Below are positions 38,240-52,930 of a DNA stretch of 64,000 nt, in pieces (positions within the stretch are counted from its first letter, which is position 1; every line of letters starts with the position of its first letter). The position numbers were made by a program, and so were the translations under genes. A model generated the notes under the pieces. It searched no databases, was not told the DNA's origin, and saw only the letters and a list, made by a program, of their open reading frames with translations. This DNA comes from Chiloscyllium plagiosum (taxonomy: Eukaryota). The stretch lies in assembly GCF_004010195.1 (NCBI RefSeq), contig NC_057718.1:70790580-70854579 (forward strand). The letters are read 5' to 3'.

Positions 38240-39620
38240 AAAACAGTACAGCACAGGAAAAGGCCTTTCAGCCAAAGATATTGCATTGAACATGACGCCA
38301 AATTAAAAATAATCCTTTCTGCCTACCCTTGGTACATATCTCTCTATTCCTTGCATATTCATGTGCTTATCTAAAAGCCCCAATCATATCTGCCTCCATC
38401 ACCACCCCTGGCAGCATATTCCAGACTCTGACCACTCTTTGTATAAAACCCTTGCCCCTTACATTCCCTTTGAACTTTCCCCCCTCACCTTAAATCATGT
38501 CCCCTAGTTTTAGATATTTCAACTGGGAAATAGATTCTGACTGTCAACCTTATCTATGTGTGGGTTTCCTCCAGGTGCTCCAGTTTCCTTCCACAATCAC
38601 AAAGATGCGCAGGTTAGGTGAACTGGCCACACTAAATTACCCATAGTGTTCAGGGAAGTGTAGGCTAAGTGCATTTGTCAGGGGTAAATATAGGTTAGGG
38701 AAATGGGTCTACATGGGTAACTCTTCAGCGGGTCGGTGTGGACTTGTTGGGCCGAAGGGCCTGTTTCCACACTATAGGGGATAGTAATTCTAATTCTATG
38801 CATCTCATAATTTTATAGATTTCTTTCAAGTCTTCCCACAGCCTCCACTGCTCCAGAGAAACTACTTGAGTTTTTCTAACCTCCCCTTATACATCATACC
38901 CTCTATTTCAGGTAGCATCCTGGTAACTTTCTTCTGCACCCTCTCCAAAGCATTCACGTCCCCTGTAATGTGGCAACCAGAACTGAACACAAACCTGTTA
39001 AGTGTGGCCTAACCACAAGTCTTATAAAACTGCAATATGAGATCCTGATATTTTTCCTGAACATTTGATCTCCTAAAGTGCAGCATCTCACACCTACCCG
39101 AATTAAACCCCTTCTACCATTTCTCTGGCCATACCTGCAACTGATCTGTATCCCACCGTACCGCTCTTTGTATCGTCTGCAAACTTACTTACCCACCCAT
39201 CTACATTCTCATCCAAGTCATTTATATATGTCACAAACAGCAGAGGTCCCATTACGGATCCCTGTGGAACACCACTAATCATGGACCTCCAGCCTGAAAT
39301 TTATCCTTCCTTATATGGGCAAGCCAATTCTGAATCCACACAGACAAGTCACTAGGGATCCCATGCATCTTAATCTTCTGGATGAGCGCACCATAAGAGT
39401 CCTCATCAAAAGCTTTATTAAACTTCACGAGACAACATCCACTGCTCCACTCAAATCGATCAACTTTGTCACCTCCTTGAAAATTCAATTAAGTTAGTAA
39501 GACATGACCTGCCCTGCACAAAGCCCTGTGCTGACTATCCCTAATCAGTCCATGCTTTTACAAATACACGTAAATCCTACCCTTAAGTATTCTCTCCACT
39601 AGTTTTCCAAATCCATCTCG
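38240..39620 (-). mobile_element. CR1 3' half with nested SINE
   Basis: Reverse-strand RT remnants (WIQNWL, PQGS, CEMLHF). Confidence 0.85.
38557..38800 (+). mobile_element. HE1 V-SINE, 5'-truncated
   Basis: Starts within the V-domain. Confidence 0.9.
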
Positions 39621-39791
39621 GCCCAACACCTACACCTCCATATCATTGGTACATTAAAAAAAAGAGGATATCTAGGGAGAAGGTTAGGATAAAGGAGGAA
39701 ACTTTATGTCAGTATTCACCCAAGAGAAGGATATGGAGGATAATGAGGTTTGTGTGGAGCATGCTAATATGCTACAGCATTTTGAGATCAT

Positions 39792-41747
39792 TGTTTCAGC
39801 ATGACCTGAGACTACTCCATGAGTTACCTGGTTATAACATGGCTCTTCTTGTCAGGGAGCTGTCCTGACCTGGTAAAGTGCAAAAGGTATTCTCAAGCCC
39901 TGGATACAGTGAGTACTCCTTGTCACGGAGCAGCCAGCCTCTAGTTTGACTTGACATTGCATATGAAATTTTTTTAAAGTTTAGTTTCTGAAGCCCCAAA
40001 CCAAATGTGATAATGATCATATAATAGTTTTTTGGTCAATTTGGGTGAGCAATAAATATATGTCCCATCATTTCATTTGTTGAAAGGGTTGGAATAGAGA
40101 TTGTTCATCTTTTAAGGTATATCTGTGCAATCTGCTGTTGTATGTTAATAGAAACTAGTTTATTCCTTACCTATACATATTATAAGTCCATGCAAAATCT
40201 CTGAAGTCATCACAGAAAGTGATGTTACACTCACTCTTCTGGAGTTCCACCTTTTATCTGTCACACCTTTTAAATACTACAGCATTGATTAGATTAGATT
40301 ACTTACAGTGTGCAAACAGGCCCTTCAGCCCAATAAGTCCACACTGACCCTCCGAAGAGCAACCCATCCAGACCCTACATTCCCCTACATTTACCCCTTC
40401 ACCTAACACTATGGGCAATTTAGCATGACCAATACACCTAACCTACACATTTTTGGACTGTGGGAGGAAACCGGAGCATCCGGAGGAAACCCACGCAGAC
40501 ACAGGGAGAACAGACAGTTGCCTGAGGCAGGAATTGAACCCAGGTATCTGGCGCTGTGAGGCAGCAGTGCTAACCACTGTGCCACCGTGCCGTCCCCGAT
40601 TAATATTATCAACAAAAATAATTCACAAATCAATAGCTTTAAGTTCTGTAACAACATTCTCCAACAGGTAGATCAACTACTATATCTGGCATTTCAATTT
40701 AATAGGTTTAGAACACAATTGGAGATTGTTTATTTGTTTGTTTGATTTTGAGTCAGAAGCAGTCAGGATAGACCCCAGCAGAACTAAAAAAGATAAAAAT
40801 AAACAAGTGGGTCCAGAAGATCCAGGAGAACATCCAGAGAAATGCATAAACTATATAGTTTCAGCAAACTTTCGCATGGCTGCAGAAGGCTGTAAAGAGT
40901 TCAGTGGTTTTGAAGGGGGTAAAGAAAATTCATCTGGGATAAGGTAGTCTGAGAGAAAACCTTTTTTTAGAAAGGCTAAAAAAAATAAAAAAATTTATTA
41001 ATAAAAAAATTAAGAGAGGTCAAGGAAGGACATGTAGATTTCAAAAGAGAGAATGGGCAAGAGCCAGAAATGGAATAAGCCAAAACCTTCCTTGCTGAAT
41101 TGGATTGGAACCAGGGCAATTCCCTCCCATGCAGATTAACTGATTGTGAGAGAGAGGACCCCAACGCAGCCACAGGACAAAACAATAGAAAGTAGCCAGC
41201 TTCATGTGAACCAGGGTGTCCCACAGGTCTTGGGACAGAATCGGGACTGGTCCATTCCTGCTGTTGCTGAATTAGGGCAATATAGTGAAATTGTTACCTC
41301 GTAAACAAGATGACACTGACAACTACACAAAAGGCAGTGTGTGCTGCTGATAACTCTCAGGCATCCAAAACTAGTACTAAGTTGATACTTAGCCAGAAGT
41401 GTTAGAAATAGTAGAGGCTGAAAGAGAGGCAGCCAACATGTGGCTAGCAAAATCCTCTCTCCCAGGGATAAATAAGGGCACTGAAACCTCCCAGACCAAA
41501 ATTGAAAGTGTACAACTACCAAAATTATCAAAGAAACTATTATCTGGTCTTTATCACATTTCTGTTTTGGGACCTCAGAAACTAAACTTTAGAAGAATTT
41601 CACAAGCAATGTCAAGTCAAACTAAAGGGTGACAAGGAGTACTCGCTATACTTCAGGCTTGAGAATACCTTTTGCACTTAACTCCAACAAGAAGAGACAT
41701 GTTGCAACCAGATAAATCATGGGGTAAACTAATGGCATCCTGAAACA
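39792..41747. repeat. Segment bounded by ~230-255-bp inverted repeats, TGT...ACA
   Basis: 39792-40046 aligns to the reverse complement of 41518-41747. Confidence 0.8.
40290..40597 (-). mobile_element. HE1 V-SINE
   Basis: Same motifs, with an internal deletion. Confidence 0.93.
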
Positions 41748-43109
41748 TTGATTGCTCTGAAGACCCCACTAGTAGTCACCAGAGTAAAAGATTTCAGATT
41801 CAGATTCTGTCCTTAATAATGTTGTATTATGAAGACAAAATTCTTTCCACCATGTCCTCAGTGGCCACCTTGAATGATGTAGGAGAAAGAACAGAGGAGG
41901 TGCAAGTAAAGAAAGAACAAGTGTACCTTTACGAGACACGGTCATGACATCATCACTGTATCATATTCCCAGGGTAAAAAGATTTCATACTCCATCACTT
42001 CAGATCACTTGAAGTATGACATTCCACTGGAAACACATGCCTGTTTTGTAACTTAATAGCTTAAAAATTGCCCAGAAACTGTGGTCCCTGAAGGCTGTCA
42101 TGTTCATACACAGTAGTTAGCTCTAATAAATATGTTGGGTTCTTCAATGCCTCGATATCCATGCTCAGTTAGGGGAGATAACGTAAGCATTGCCCATCAG
42201 ATAAAACACCCTATTGGAGAGATGCTCATAACTTGGTCATCCAGATCCCGGGACAGCTGCAACGCAATAACCTCCCACATTAAAAGACTCCACAGTGCAG
42301 GGTGTTACCACCAGCTGTACTCAGCAAAAAGCATTCTTCAAGAGGCTGCTAGAAGAGGAAACATTGGTCGAAGTGTCCGCCTCCATTCCTCCTCTCCTTC
42401 TGCTAGGAGGGTGAATAGCCAAGGTCTTTTTCTCAGGGAAGGGGAGTCCAAACCTTGAGGCTATAGGTCTAAAGTAGAAGGGAAAGATTTAAAAGACATT
42501 TTGATGGGTACGTGAATGGGAAGGGTTTAGAGAGATATGGGCAAAATGCTGCAAATGGGACTAGGTTAATTTGGGAAATCTGGTTGGCATGGAAGAGTTG
42601 AATCAAAGGGTCTGGTTCCCGTGCTGTACAACTCAATGACTCTGTGACTCTATAAAAGAAAGGTAGGGTGCATTAACACAACATTGCTCTATGCAAACTG
42701 TCTCTGAACATTTCAGACTCTGGCGACTCTGTAAAAATCCTCTAATATTGTTTCTCCCCTTCTCTTCACTTCCACCACTTCCACTTTCTGACCCTCTTTT
42801 AGAGATATCCCATCTAATTTTTATTATGGATAATATTTTCCATTTCTGGTGATGACTACGTGAATCTACTTTATATCCTCTCAAGTATGGTTGCATCTTT
42901 ATTGTAGTACAGTGACCAGAATGGTGTACCGTGCTCCAGTTACTTGTCTCTTATATTATTATGCCAAAACTGCTCTTACATTCTATGCTTAAACTCATAT
43001 CTCACTTGCCTTCTTATCTAATTTATTTGTACTGCTTTTGGGAATCTGTGCACAGGCTGTTCAGGTTTCCCCTGGTCCTTTACCCTTCCCACTATTCGAC
43101 CATTTACCT

Positions 43110-43225
43110 TTCCTTTCTAATCAACTTGTTCAGGGATGTTATTATACACCTTTGGAGCAGGTGGGTCTTGAATCCAGGCCTTCTGGTCCAGGGATATGGA
43201 CACCACCACTGTGCCGTAAGGACAC
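43110..43225 (-). mobile_element. Short tRNA-derived SINE (partial copy at ~4430-4495 plus)
   Basis: ggcacagtggtggtgtcc...ggattcaagaccc, then aacatccctgaacaagttgattagaaa shared with 4465-4491. Confidence 0.6.
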
Positions 43226-43999
43226 TCCAAGCATTCTCAGGCAGGCCTCCATCAAAGTTGTAACAAGGCTTGATTCTGTTTGGCTTCCGAGATCAGATGT
43301 TTTCAAACTAGTATATTTTACCATTTATTGTGTATTCCCTTGCATTTGTTTGTTCTCCTCAAATACAAGAATCATATGTCATTGGAGGAATTATTTTCAC
43401 TTTTCTACCAACATGGTCAAATCATACCTTCCTGCAATCTCCAGATTTCTTTCCCATTATTAGCAATGCAACCAACCTTTGTACCATCTGAAACTCCCCA
43501 GATTAGGTTTTACCACTCTTAAAACTTTGACGAAGGTCAGTCGGATGAATGCAACAGAACTCCATAGGAGATTGCCTACTAGTCATATGCAAATCGGTTG
43601 ACTGTATCCTTTGCCTTATGCAACACCGCCACTTGTCCTTTAATCCTAAGAACCCCTACCTTACTGACCAGTCAAACATATGCAACTTTGTCAGAAGTCT
43701 TGCTACACTCATGTAGATGACATCAAATGTGCTCTCAGTGGATACTCCCCCAAAACCTTTAATCTAGTTAGTCAATTATGACCTCCTCATGACAAATGTA
43801 TGTTGAACATTCAAGGCCTTACTAAATGACTTGTTATTAGAGGTTTTTTTTCAATAATTTGCCCACCAATGTTACAGTGACTATCTTTCCTCACTTTTAA
43901 AACAATGGTGCAATATTAGCACTCCTGAAGTGCATCTGCAGCCAAAGCAATTAGAAAATGATGGTCAGAGACTCCATGATTTGCTCCCATGTTTGAGTA

Positions 44000-46290
44000 T
44001 CTGGATTAGTGGTACTGGAAGAGCACAGCAGTTCAGCTAGCATCTGAGGAGCAGTAAAATCAACGTTTCGGGCAAAAGCCCTTCACCAGGAATACAGGCA
44101 GAGTGCCTGAAGAGTGGAGAGATAAATGAGAGGAGGTTGGCGGTGGGGAGAAAGTAGCAAAGAGTACAATAGGTGAGTGGGGGAGGGGATGAAGGTGATA
44201 GGTCAGGGAGGAGGGTGGAGTGGATAGCTGGAAAAGAAGGTAGGCAGGTAGGACAAGTTATGGGGACAGTGCTGAGCTGGAAGTTTAGAACTGGGGTGAG
44301 GTGGGGGAAGGGGAAATAAGGAAATTGTTGAAGTCCACATTGATGCCCTGGGGCTGAAGTGTTCCGTGGCAGAAGATGAGGCGTTCTTCCTCCAGGCGTC
44401 TGGTGGTGAGGGACCTGCAGTGAAGGAGGCCCAGGACCTCCATGTCCTCGGCAGAGTGGAAGAGGGAGTTGAAATGTTGGGCCACAGGGCAGTGTGGTTG
44501 ATTGGTGTGGATGTCCCAGAGATGTTCCCTAAAGTGCTCTGTTAGGAGTCGTCCAGTCTCCCCAATGTAGAGGAGATCGCATCGGGAGCAACGGATACAA
44601 TAAATGATATCGGTGGATGTGCAGGTAAAACCTTGATGGATGTGGAAGGCTCTTTTAGGGCCTTGGATGGAGGTGAGGGAGGAAGTGTGGGCACAGGTTT
44701 TGCAATTCCTGCGGTGGCAGGGGAAGGTGCCAGGATGGGAGTGTGGGTTGTAGAGGGGCGTGGGTTGTAGAGGGACCTGACCAGGTAGTCATGGAGGGAA
44801 TGGACTTCGCGGAAAGCAGAAAGGGGTGGGGAGGGAAACATATCCCTGGTGGTGGGGTCCGTTTGGAGGTGGCGGAAATGTCGGCAGATGATTTGGTTTA
44901 TGCGAAGGTTGGTAGGGTGGAAGGTGAGCACCAGGGGCGTTCTGTCCATGTTACGGTTGGAGGGATGGGGTCTGAGGGCGGAGGTGCGGGATGTGGACGA
45001 GATGCGATGGAGGGCATCGTTAACCACGTGGGAAGGAAAATTGAGGTCTCTAAAGGAGGAGGCCATCTGGTGTGTTCTGTGGTGGAACTGATCCTCCTGG
45101 GAACAAATACGGTAGAGGCGGAGGAATTGGGAATACAGGATGGCATTTTTGCAGGAGGTAGGATGGGAAGAGGGGTAATCCAGGTACCTGTGGGAGTCGG
45201 TGGGTTTGTAAAAAATGTCGGTGTCAAGTTGGTCGTCATTAATGGAGATGGAGGGGTCCAGGAAGGGGAGGGAGGTGTCAGAAATGGTCCAGGTAAATTT
45301 AAGGTCAGGGTGGGATGTGTTGGTGAAGTTGATGAATTGCTCAACCTCCTCGCGGGAGCACGAGGTGGCGCCAATGCAGTCACCAATGTAGCGGAGGAAG
45401 AGGTGGGGAATGGTCCTGGTGTAATTAAGGAAGATCGACTGTTTTTACCAAGACCATCTTCAGGGTCAACTCTGGTGCTAATTGTCAACTTATGGTCTCC
45501 AACCTTTTAAGCCTGCTGTAACATTGTCTTAGGAAAAACAAATTCAATCTGACCCTTTCAATTCTACATTGCAATCTGTTGGGTGGAGGGTGTGGGTGGT
45601 GTCTCGAATGTATGTGGGGAGTTCCTGGACTAGGGGGGATAGGACAGTGTCGAGGTAGATAGAAATGAGTTCAATGGGGCAGGAGCATGCTGAGACAATG
45701 GGTCGGACGGGGTGGTCAGGCTTGTGGGTCTTGGGAAGGAGGTAGAACCGAGCAGTGCAGGGTTCCCGGACTATGAGTTGGAAGCTGTGGATGGGAGATC
45801 TCCTGAGGTGATGAGGTTCTGTATGGTCTGGGAGACTCACCTTCATCCCCTCCACCCACGCATCAATGAATTTAATACACACCGTGACGTCGAACACTTC
45901 TTCCACCGTCTCCGCCTCTGAGCTTACATTCACAATCAGGACTCCCGCCCACCTTCCAAGGACCCCTTCGCCCACCTCTAACACACTGCATCCACCTGGA
46001 TACCCCGCGCTGGCCTATTACCAGCCCTCGACCTCTTTATTTCCAACTGCCGCCGGGACATTAACCGCCTCAATCTGTCTACCCCCCGCCCCCACTCCAA
46101 CCTCTCACCTTCACAACCTGCAGCCCTCCAATCCCTCTGCTCCAATCCCGACCTCACCATCAAGCCAGCAGATAAAGTAGTGGTAGTCTGGCGCACTGAC
46201 CTTTACATTTCTGAAGCCAGATGCCAACTCGAGGACACTTCTTCCTACCGTCCCCTCAACCATGACCCCACGCCCCCATCACCAAACCAT
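44000..46290 (-). mobile_element. Penelope-like element (Neptune type): RT, Cys linker, GIY-YIG and terminus, with an inverted 5' piece at ~45835-46290
   Basis: Minus strand: FYLLPKTHK..RPIVS, LFLRYIGDC (mutated YIDD), LPFLD, FPCHRRNCKTC, IIYCIRC..LLYIGETGR. Confidence 0.95.
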
Positions 46291-46859
46291 AGTCGCCCGA
46301 GGCTAGAATTGAACGAGGGTCTCTGGTGCTCTGAGCCACCGTGCTGCCTTTCTGGACTACAATGCTGCCTTTCTTTTATTATACTGGCCTCGACTTTCAT
46401 TTATTCCTGTTGTTTCTCAGTTAATACCTTCCTTCAAAAACATTTTAAAATTATGAATGAATAAACATACCATTTTGCTGTGGTGTCAGTGATTTGATTT
46501 GTGCACCCAATCAGCAGTTGTTAAACTAGGATTCCCTTCTCTCTGTTCAGTTAAAGCTGAAGAAAATATCCTTATAAACTATAAACCTTGAAGAAGAACC
46601 TTACAAACTATGAACAAGAAAAATAAAGAAGCACCTCTCAGGCTATGCATTGAATTCCCACAGAGCACTAAATTTCCAGTACACATTCAATCATGCTCTA
46701 CCTCTCTATGTACGTGCCTTCTTCTAACTGCTCAAGTGAAGCATATTGACTTGCATTTTTAACAGTCCCTTTCTTAATTAGAGTTGCGCTCCCACATCAT
46801 ACTCTACTTCCCATCTTTTTAACCCACAAAGCTAATCTAACAATACCTTTTTGTGACCT

Positions 46860-48550
46860 TTTAGGATAGGATCTATTTCTATTTAGAAGAAAATGGGCTT
46901 ATCAGTAATGGCAGCATGGTTTTGTGCAGGGAAGGTCATGTCTTACAACCTTAATAGAATCCTTTGAGGAGGTGACAAACTTGATTGATGGGGGAAAGGT
47001 CGTAGATGTTATAAACATGGACTTCAGTAAGGCGTTTGATAAGGTTTCACATGGTAGGGTGATAGAGAAGGTGAAGTCGCATGGGGTCCAGGACATTCTA
47101 GCTAGATGGGTAGAGAACTGGCTGGGCAACAGGAGACAGAGACTAGTAGTAGAAGGGAGTTTCTCAAAATGGATACCTGTGACTACTGGTGTCCCATAAG
47201 GATCCGTGCTGGGACCACTGTTGTTTGTGAATATATATTAATGATGTGGAGAAAGGTATCGGTTGCCTGATTAGCAAGTTTGCAGATGACACCAAGATTA
47301 GTGGAGTAGTAGTTAGTGAAGGGGACTGTCGGAGAATACAGTAGAATACAAATAGGTTGGAGAGATGGGCAGATAAATGGTAGGTGGAGTACAATCCAGG
47401 CAAATGTGAGGTGATGCATTTTGGAAGATCCAATTCAAGAGCGAACTATACAATAAGTGGAAAAGTCCGGGGGAAATTGACATACAGAGAGATCTGGGCG
47501 TTCAGGTCCATTGTTCCCTGTGGGTGGCAACACAGGCCAGTAAAGTGGTCAATAAGGCATACAGCATGCTTTCCTTCATTGGACAGGGTACTGAGTACAA
47601 GAGTTGGCAGATCATGTTACAATTGCATAATACTTTGGTTCAGCCACATTTGGAATACAGCAATCAGTTCTGGTCGCCACATTACCAAAAGGATGTGGCT
47701 GCTTTGGAGATGGTGCAGAGGAGGTTCACCAGGATGTTGCCTGTTATGGAGGGCGCTAGCTATAAAGAGAGGTTGAATAGATTAAGATTATTTTCATTAG
47801 AACAACAGAGGTTGAGGGTGCCCTGATTGAGGTCTACAAAATCATGAGAGGTAAAGACAGGGTGGATAGCAAGAAGCTTTCTCCCCAGAGTGCGGAATTC
47901 AATTACTAGGGGTCACAAATTCAAAGTGAGAGGGGAAAAGTTTAGGGGAGATATGCATAGAATGTCCTTTACACAGAGGGTGGTAGGGGCCTGGAACGCA
48001 TTGCCAGAGGAGGAGGTAGAGGTGGGAATGATAGCGTCATTTAAGATGTATCTAGATAAGATACATGAATGGGCAGGGAGCAAAGGGATACAGATAGAGT
48101 CATAGAGATGTACAGCATGGAAACAGACCCTTCGGTCCAACCTGTCCATGCCGACCAGATATCCTAACCCAATCTAGTCTCACCTGCCAGCACCCGGCCC
48201 ATATCCCTACAAGCCTCTCCCTGTAGCTCAGATCCTCCAACCCTGGCAACATCCTTGTAAATCTTTTCTGAACCCTTTCAAGTTTCACAACATCTTTCCG
48301 ATAGGAAGGAGACCAGAATTGCACACAATATTCCAACAGTGGCCTAACCAATGTCCTGTACAGCTGCAACATGACCTTCCAACTCCTGTACTCAATACTC
48401 TGACCAATAAAGGAAAGCATACCAAACGCCTTTAGATCTTTAGAAAATAGGCGACAATTTTATATAGAGGATCTGGATCGGTGCAGGCTTGGAGGGCCGA
48501 AGGGACTGTTCTTGTGCTGTAGTTTTCCTGGTTCTATTTATTCTTTGACC
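46860..48550 (+). mobile_element. CR1 3' half with a nested opposite-strand CR1 end (48095-48432)
   Basis: GRSCLTTLIESFEEV, DFSKAFDKV, KFADDTK; same subfamily as 22765-24520. Confidence 0.93.
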
Positions 48551-51500
48551 TCACTGTGTCCTCTTGCCAGCTTATTTTCAACTTATTACATCTTTGTTAA
48601 CAAATTTGACAACCATACCTTATATTCTTTGAGTCATTTGCACAAACTGTATTAAGTTGAGGCAGCAGCACTGATTCCCATAGTCCACCACTCATTGCAC
48701 CTTGTCAACATGAAAAAGGCCCAATAACATATTTTCTGTTTCCTGTTAGCCAGGTAATTGTCAATCCATGCAAATATGCTACACCGTTCACCATGAGCTT
48801 TTATTTTCCACAATAACCTTTAATGTGGTACCTTAACACTCGCCTTCTGGAAATCCAAGTACTGGTTCCCCTTTATCTTCAGCACTTTATCTTATACAGT
48901 CAGAGTTGTGGAGGTTTAAAGCATGGAGGCAAGCCCTTTGGCTCAACTTGTCCATGCCACCCAGTTTTTCACAATTAATCTAGTCCCATTGCTGCGTTTG
49001 GTCCATATCCCTCCATACCTATACCATCCATGTACCTACCCAAACGTTTCTTAAAGGGCAAAACTGTACTCGTTTCCACCAATACTTCAGGCAGCCCATC
49101 CCAGACACCACCCTCTGTGAAAAAAATTGCTCCTCAGGACTCTGTTGTATCTCACCCCTCTCACCTTAAACCTATGCCCCCTAGTTCTGGACTCCCCTAT
49201 CATGGGGAAATGCTTTCACTGTATACCTTATCTATACCTCTCGTGACTTTATAGACTTCAAGTCTCCTACACTGCAGGGAAAAAAAAATGTCCCAGCCTA
49301 TTCAGCCTCTCCTTATAACTCAAACCTTACAGCCTAGGTGGGAACCTAGTAAATCCTTTCTGCACGCTTCCTGGTTTAATAACTTCCTGTATAGTAGGGT
49401 GACCAAAACTGCACCCAGTAGTCCAAGGAACTCCACCTATCTCCTCCAAGAACTCCAATAGATTAGATTGGAGTTCCCTTTAACACAACAATGCTGACTC
49501 TGCCTGATTATCTTGAATTTAGCTCCATGCCCTGCTCTAACTTCTTTTATAACCAGGTTCTAACATTTCTATTTGACAGAGGTTAAGCTAGTTGACCTGC
49601 AGATTCTGACATTCTGTCTCTTGTCCTTTTTGAATAAATTCACAACTTTTGAATCTAATAGGAATGTTCTCAAATCCAAGAAAACAGGTTTGGAAATTTA
49701 AAGCCAACACATCAACTATCTGATGAGGCACTTCTTTTAAGACCCTAGGAGAAAGTTCATCAGAAGACAGGTACTTGTCAGCACAAACAACCCCAGCAAT
49801 TTATTCAGTATCAGTTTTCTGATTAGTGTGACTTTTAATGAGTTCCTTCCTCCCTCCCTTCCATTTTCTGGATGTTACTTCTTTATAGTAAATACTGATG
49901 CAAAATACATTTTCAATTCAACTTCTATTGCTTTATTTTCCATTACTAATTCTCCAGTCTGACTTTCTATAAGGAGAAAGTGAGGACCGCAGGTGCTGGT
50001 GCTCAGAGTTGGGAGTGTAGTGCTGGAAAAGCACAGCAGGTCAGGCAGATGGCAAAGAGGCAAAACAAAAATGGGAAGTGGCAGGTCTTGGCAGCATCTG
50101 TGGAAAGTGAAATGGAGTTAATATCTCAAAGCCAGTGACCTTTTATCAAAATGGTCAGTTCTGACAAAGGGACATGTCCCAACAGCCATAATCTGGCCTA
50201 GGGCCAAAGGGGGGATCTGTAAGTTCAGCCCATGAATGAAAGACACAAGTGGATGCCAAGGTTTAGATAGACTGAGACAGCATGCTCCAGCATTAAAACA
50301 CAAAATAGTCGACGAGAGATAAACAGGATAAATAGTGGAACATAATGGTACCTTTGAACAGGACCACTCCAAGTCCAGCAAGGTGCATTGCGAGCAATCA
50401 TCTAAGACAGTTTTATAAGAAGATGCTTAATGACAGACAAATGATTGATTCCAGACTCATTTATAAGAGGATGTTATCTCAATAACTGACCAGCAACAGT
50501 GAGAACAAAGGGTGTAAATCTCAGCCCATGAACCAGCCAACCTAACTCATCAAGTAGGTGTGAAAACAACAGCAAAAGGTATTTTATAGTAATTGGTAGT
50601 TTCTTTGAAGTTATTCACAATATTAGGATATAGATTCTTCATAGTTTCATAGCTTTATAGTAATAGAAGCAGAGTAGGCCAATTGGCCCATCAAATCTAC
50701 TCTGTAATTCATTAAGATCTCAGCTCATCCTTCTTGCATTATCCCCATCACCCTTAATACCCCAACCATGCAAAAACCCATCAAATTGTGTCTTGAATAC
50801 ATTTCATGAAGCTGCCACTATTGCATCCTTGGGCACAGAATTCCATAGATTCACTAGTCTCTGTGAAAAGCAGTTTAACATAGAACATCGAACAGTACAG
50901 GCACTTTGGCCCTTGATGCTGTGCTGACCTTTCATCCTGCTCAAACTAATGTACATACCCTTCAATTTACTATCATCCATGTGCCTATCCAAGAGTCACT
51001 TATGTGTTCCTAACATATCTGACTCCACTACCACTGCTGGCAGAGTATTCCACGCACCCACCACTCTGTGTAAAGAATTAACCTCTGACATCTCCCCTGA
51101 ACCTACCTCCAATCACATTAAAATTCTGCCCCTTTGGGATAGCCATTTCTGCTCTGGGCAAAAAAAGTATCTTGACGATTGACTCTCATGATCTTATACA
51201 CCTCTATCAAGTCACCTCTCAATCTTCTTTGCTCCAATGAGAAACCTTACTTCATAAGACATGCCCTCCAGTCAACGCAACATACCAGTAAATCTCCTCT
51301 GCACCCTCTCTAAAGCTTTCACATACTTCCTACAATGAGGCAACCAGAACTGAACACAATATTCCAAGTGTGGTCTAACCAGGACTCTGTAGAGCTGCAG
51401 CATAACTTCACGGCTCTTAAACTCAATCCTCCCCCCGCTAATAAAAGTCAACACATCATATGTCTTCTTAACAACCATATCAACATGGGTGGCAACTTTG

Positions 51501-52925
51501 AGGGATCTATGGACATAGGCCCTGTTCCTCCACACTGCCAAGAATCCTGCCTTTAACCCTGTAAACTGCTTTCAAATTTGACCTTCCAAAATGGAACACT
51601 TCACACTTTTCCAGGTTGAACTCCATCTGCCACTTCTAACCCCAGCTCTGCATCCTGTAAATGTCTCATTGCAATCTACAACAGCCCTCCACACTATCCA
51701 CAAATCCACTGACCTTCATGCCATCAGCAAACTTACTAACCCACCCTTTCACCTCCACATCTAAGTCATTTATAAAAATCACAGAGGTCCCATATCAGAT
51801 CCCTGCGGAACACTAGTGGTCATCGAGCTCCAGGCTGAATACTTTCCATCTACTACCTACGGGCCAGCCAATTCTATATTCAGACAGTCAAATTTCCCTG
51901 TATCCCATGCCTCTTTACTTCCTGAATGAGCCAGGCATGGGGAACCTTAGCAAAAGCCAAAGTAAGATCCATACACACCACATCCACTGCTCTACCTTCA
52001 TCAATGTGCTTTTTCACATCCTCAAAGAATTCAATAAGGCTTGTGAGGTATAATCTGCCCTTCATAAAGCCATGCTGACTATCTCTAATCAAGCTATGCT
52101 TTTCCAAATAATCATAAATCCTATCTCTCAGAATCCTCTACAATAATTTGCTCACCACTAACATAAGACTGATTGGTCTGTAATTTCCAGGGTTATCCCT
52201 ATTCCCTTTCTTGAACAAGGGAATAACTCTTGCCAGCCTCCAATCAGCTGGCATGACTCTAGTGGACAGTGAAGATGTAAAGATCATTGCCAAAGATGCA
52301 GCAGTCTCTTCCCTCACTTCCCATAATTACCTTGGGTATTTCCTGTCTGGCCCAGGGGATGTATCTATACGTATATTTTTCAAAATTTCCAGCACATCCT
52401 CCTCCTTAATATCAACCTATACGAGCATATCTACCTGTTTCATGCTGTCCTCACAAATGGCAAAGTCCCTCTCATTAGTGAATACTGAAGTTAAGTATTC
52501 ATTTGGGACCTCCCTCATCTCCTCTGACTCTAGGCACAAGTTCCACCTACCATCCCTGATCAGTGCCGCCCTCCCCCCAAACACCCCCACCTCCCACCAC
52601 TACCCCACACTGGCCATTCTCTGGCCACCTAAGTATAGAACGCTTTGGGGTTTTCCTTAATCCTAGCTGCTAAACCTTTATCACCTCCCTTAAAGCTCTT
52701 CTAAGTCCATTCTTCAGTTCCTTCCTGGCTACCTTGTAACCTTCTAAAGCCCTGTCTGATCCTTGCTTCCTCAACCTTAAGTAAGCTCCCTTCTTCCTCT
52801 TGATTAGGTGTTCCACATCTCTTGTCATCCAAGGTTCCTTCACTCTACCACCCCTTTATTATCTCAGCTGGATAAACCTATCCAGCGCTCACAGCAAGTG
52901 CTTCCTAAACAAGCTGCACATTTCT
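48550..52925 (-). mobile_element. Stack of minus-strand CR1 fragments (largest 50875-52925)
   Basis: ORFs 51272-51541 and 51880-52107 encode CR1 RT segments. Confidence 0.85.
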
Positions 52926-52930
52926 AACTT

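Noticed and set aside
41880..42400. Possible Harbinger transposase remnant
   Set aside because: Only faint resemblance to KGFHS, PGSCHD and GDKGY motifs, which cannot be supported without an alignment.
44743..45510. 255-aa plus-strand ORF
   Set aside because: Antisense shadow of the PLE RT.
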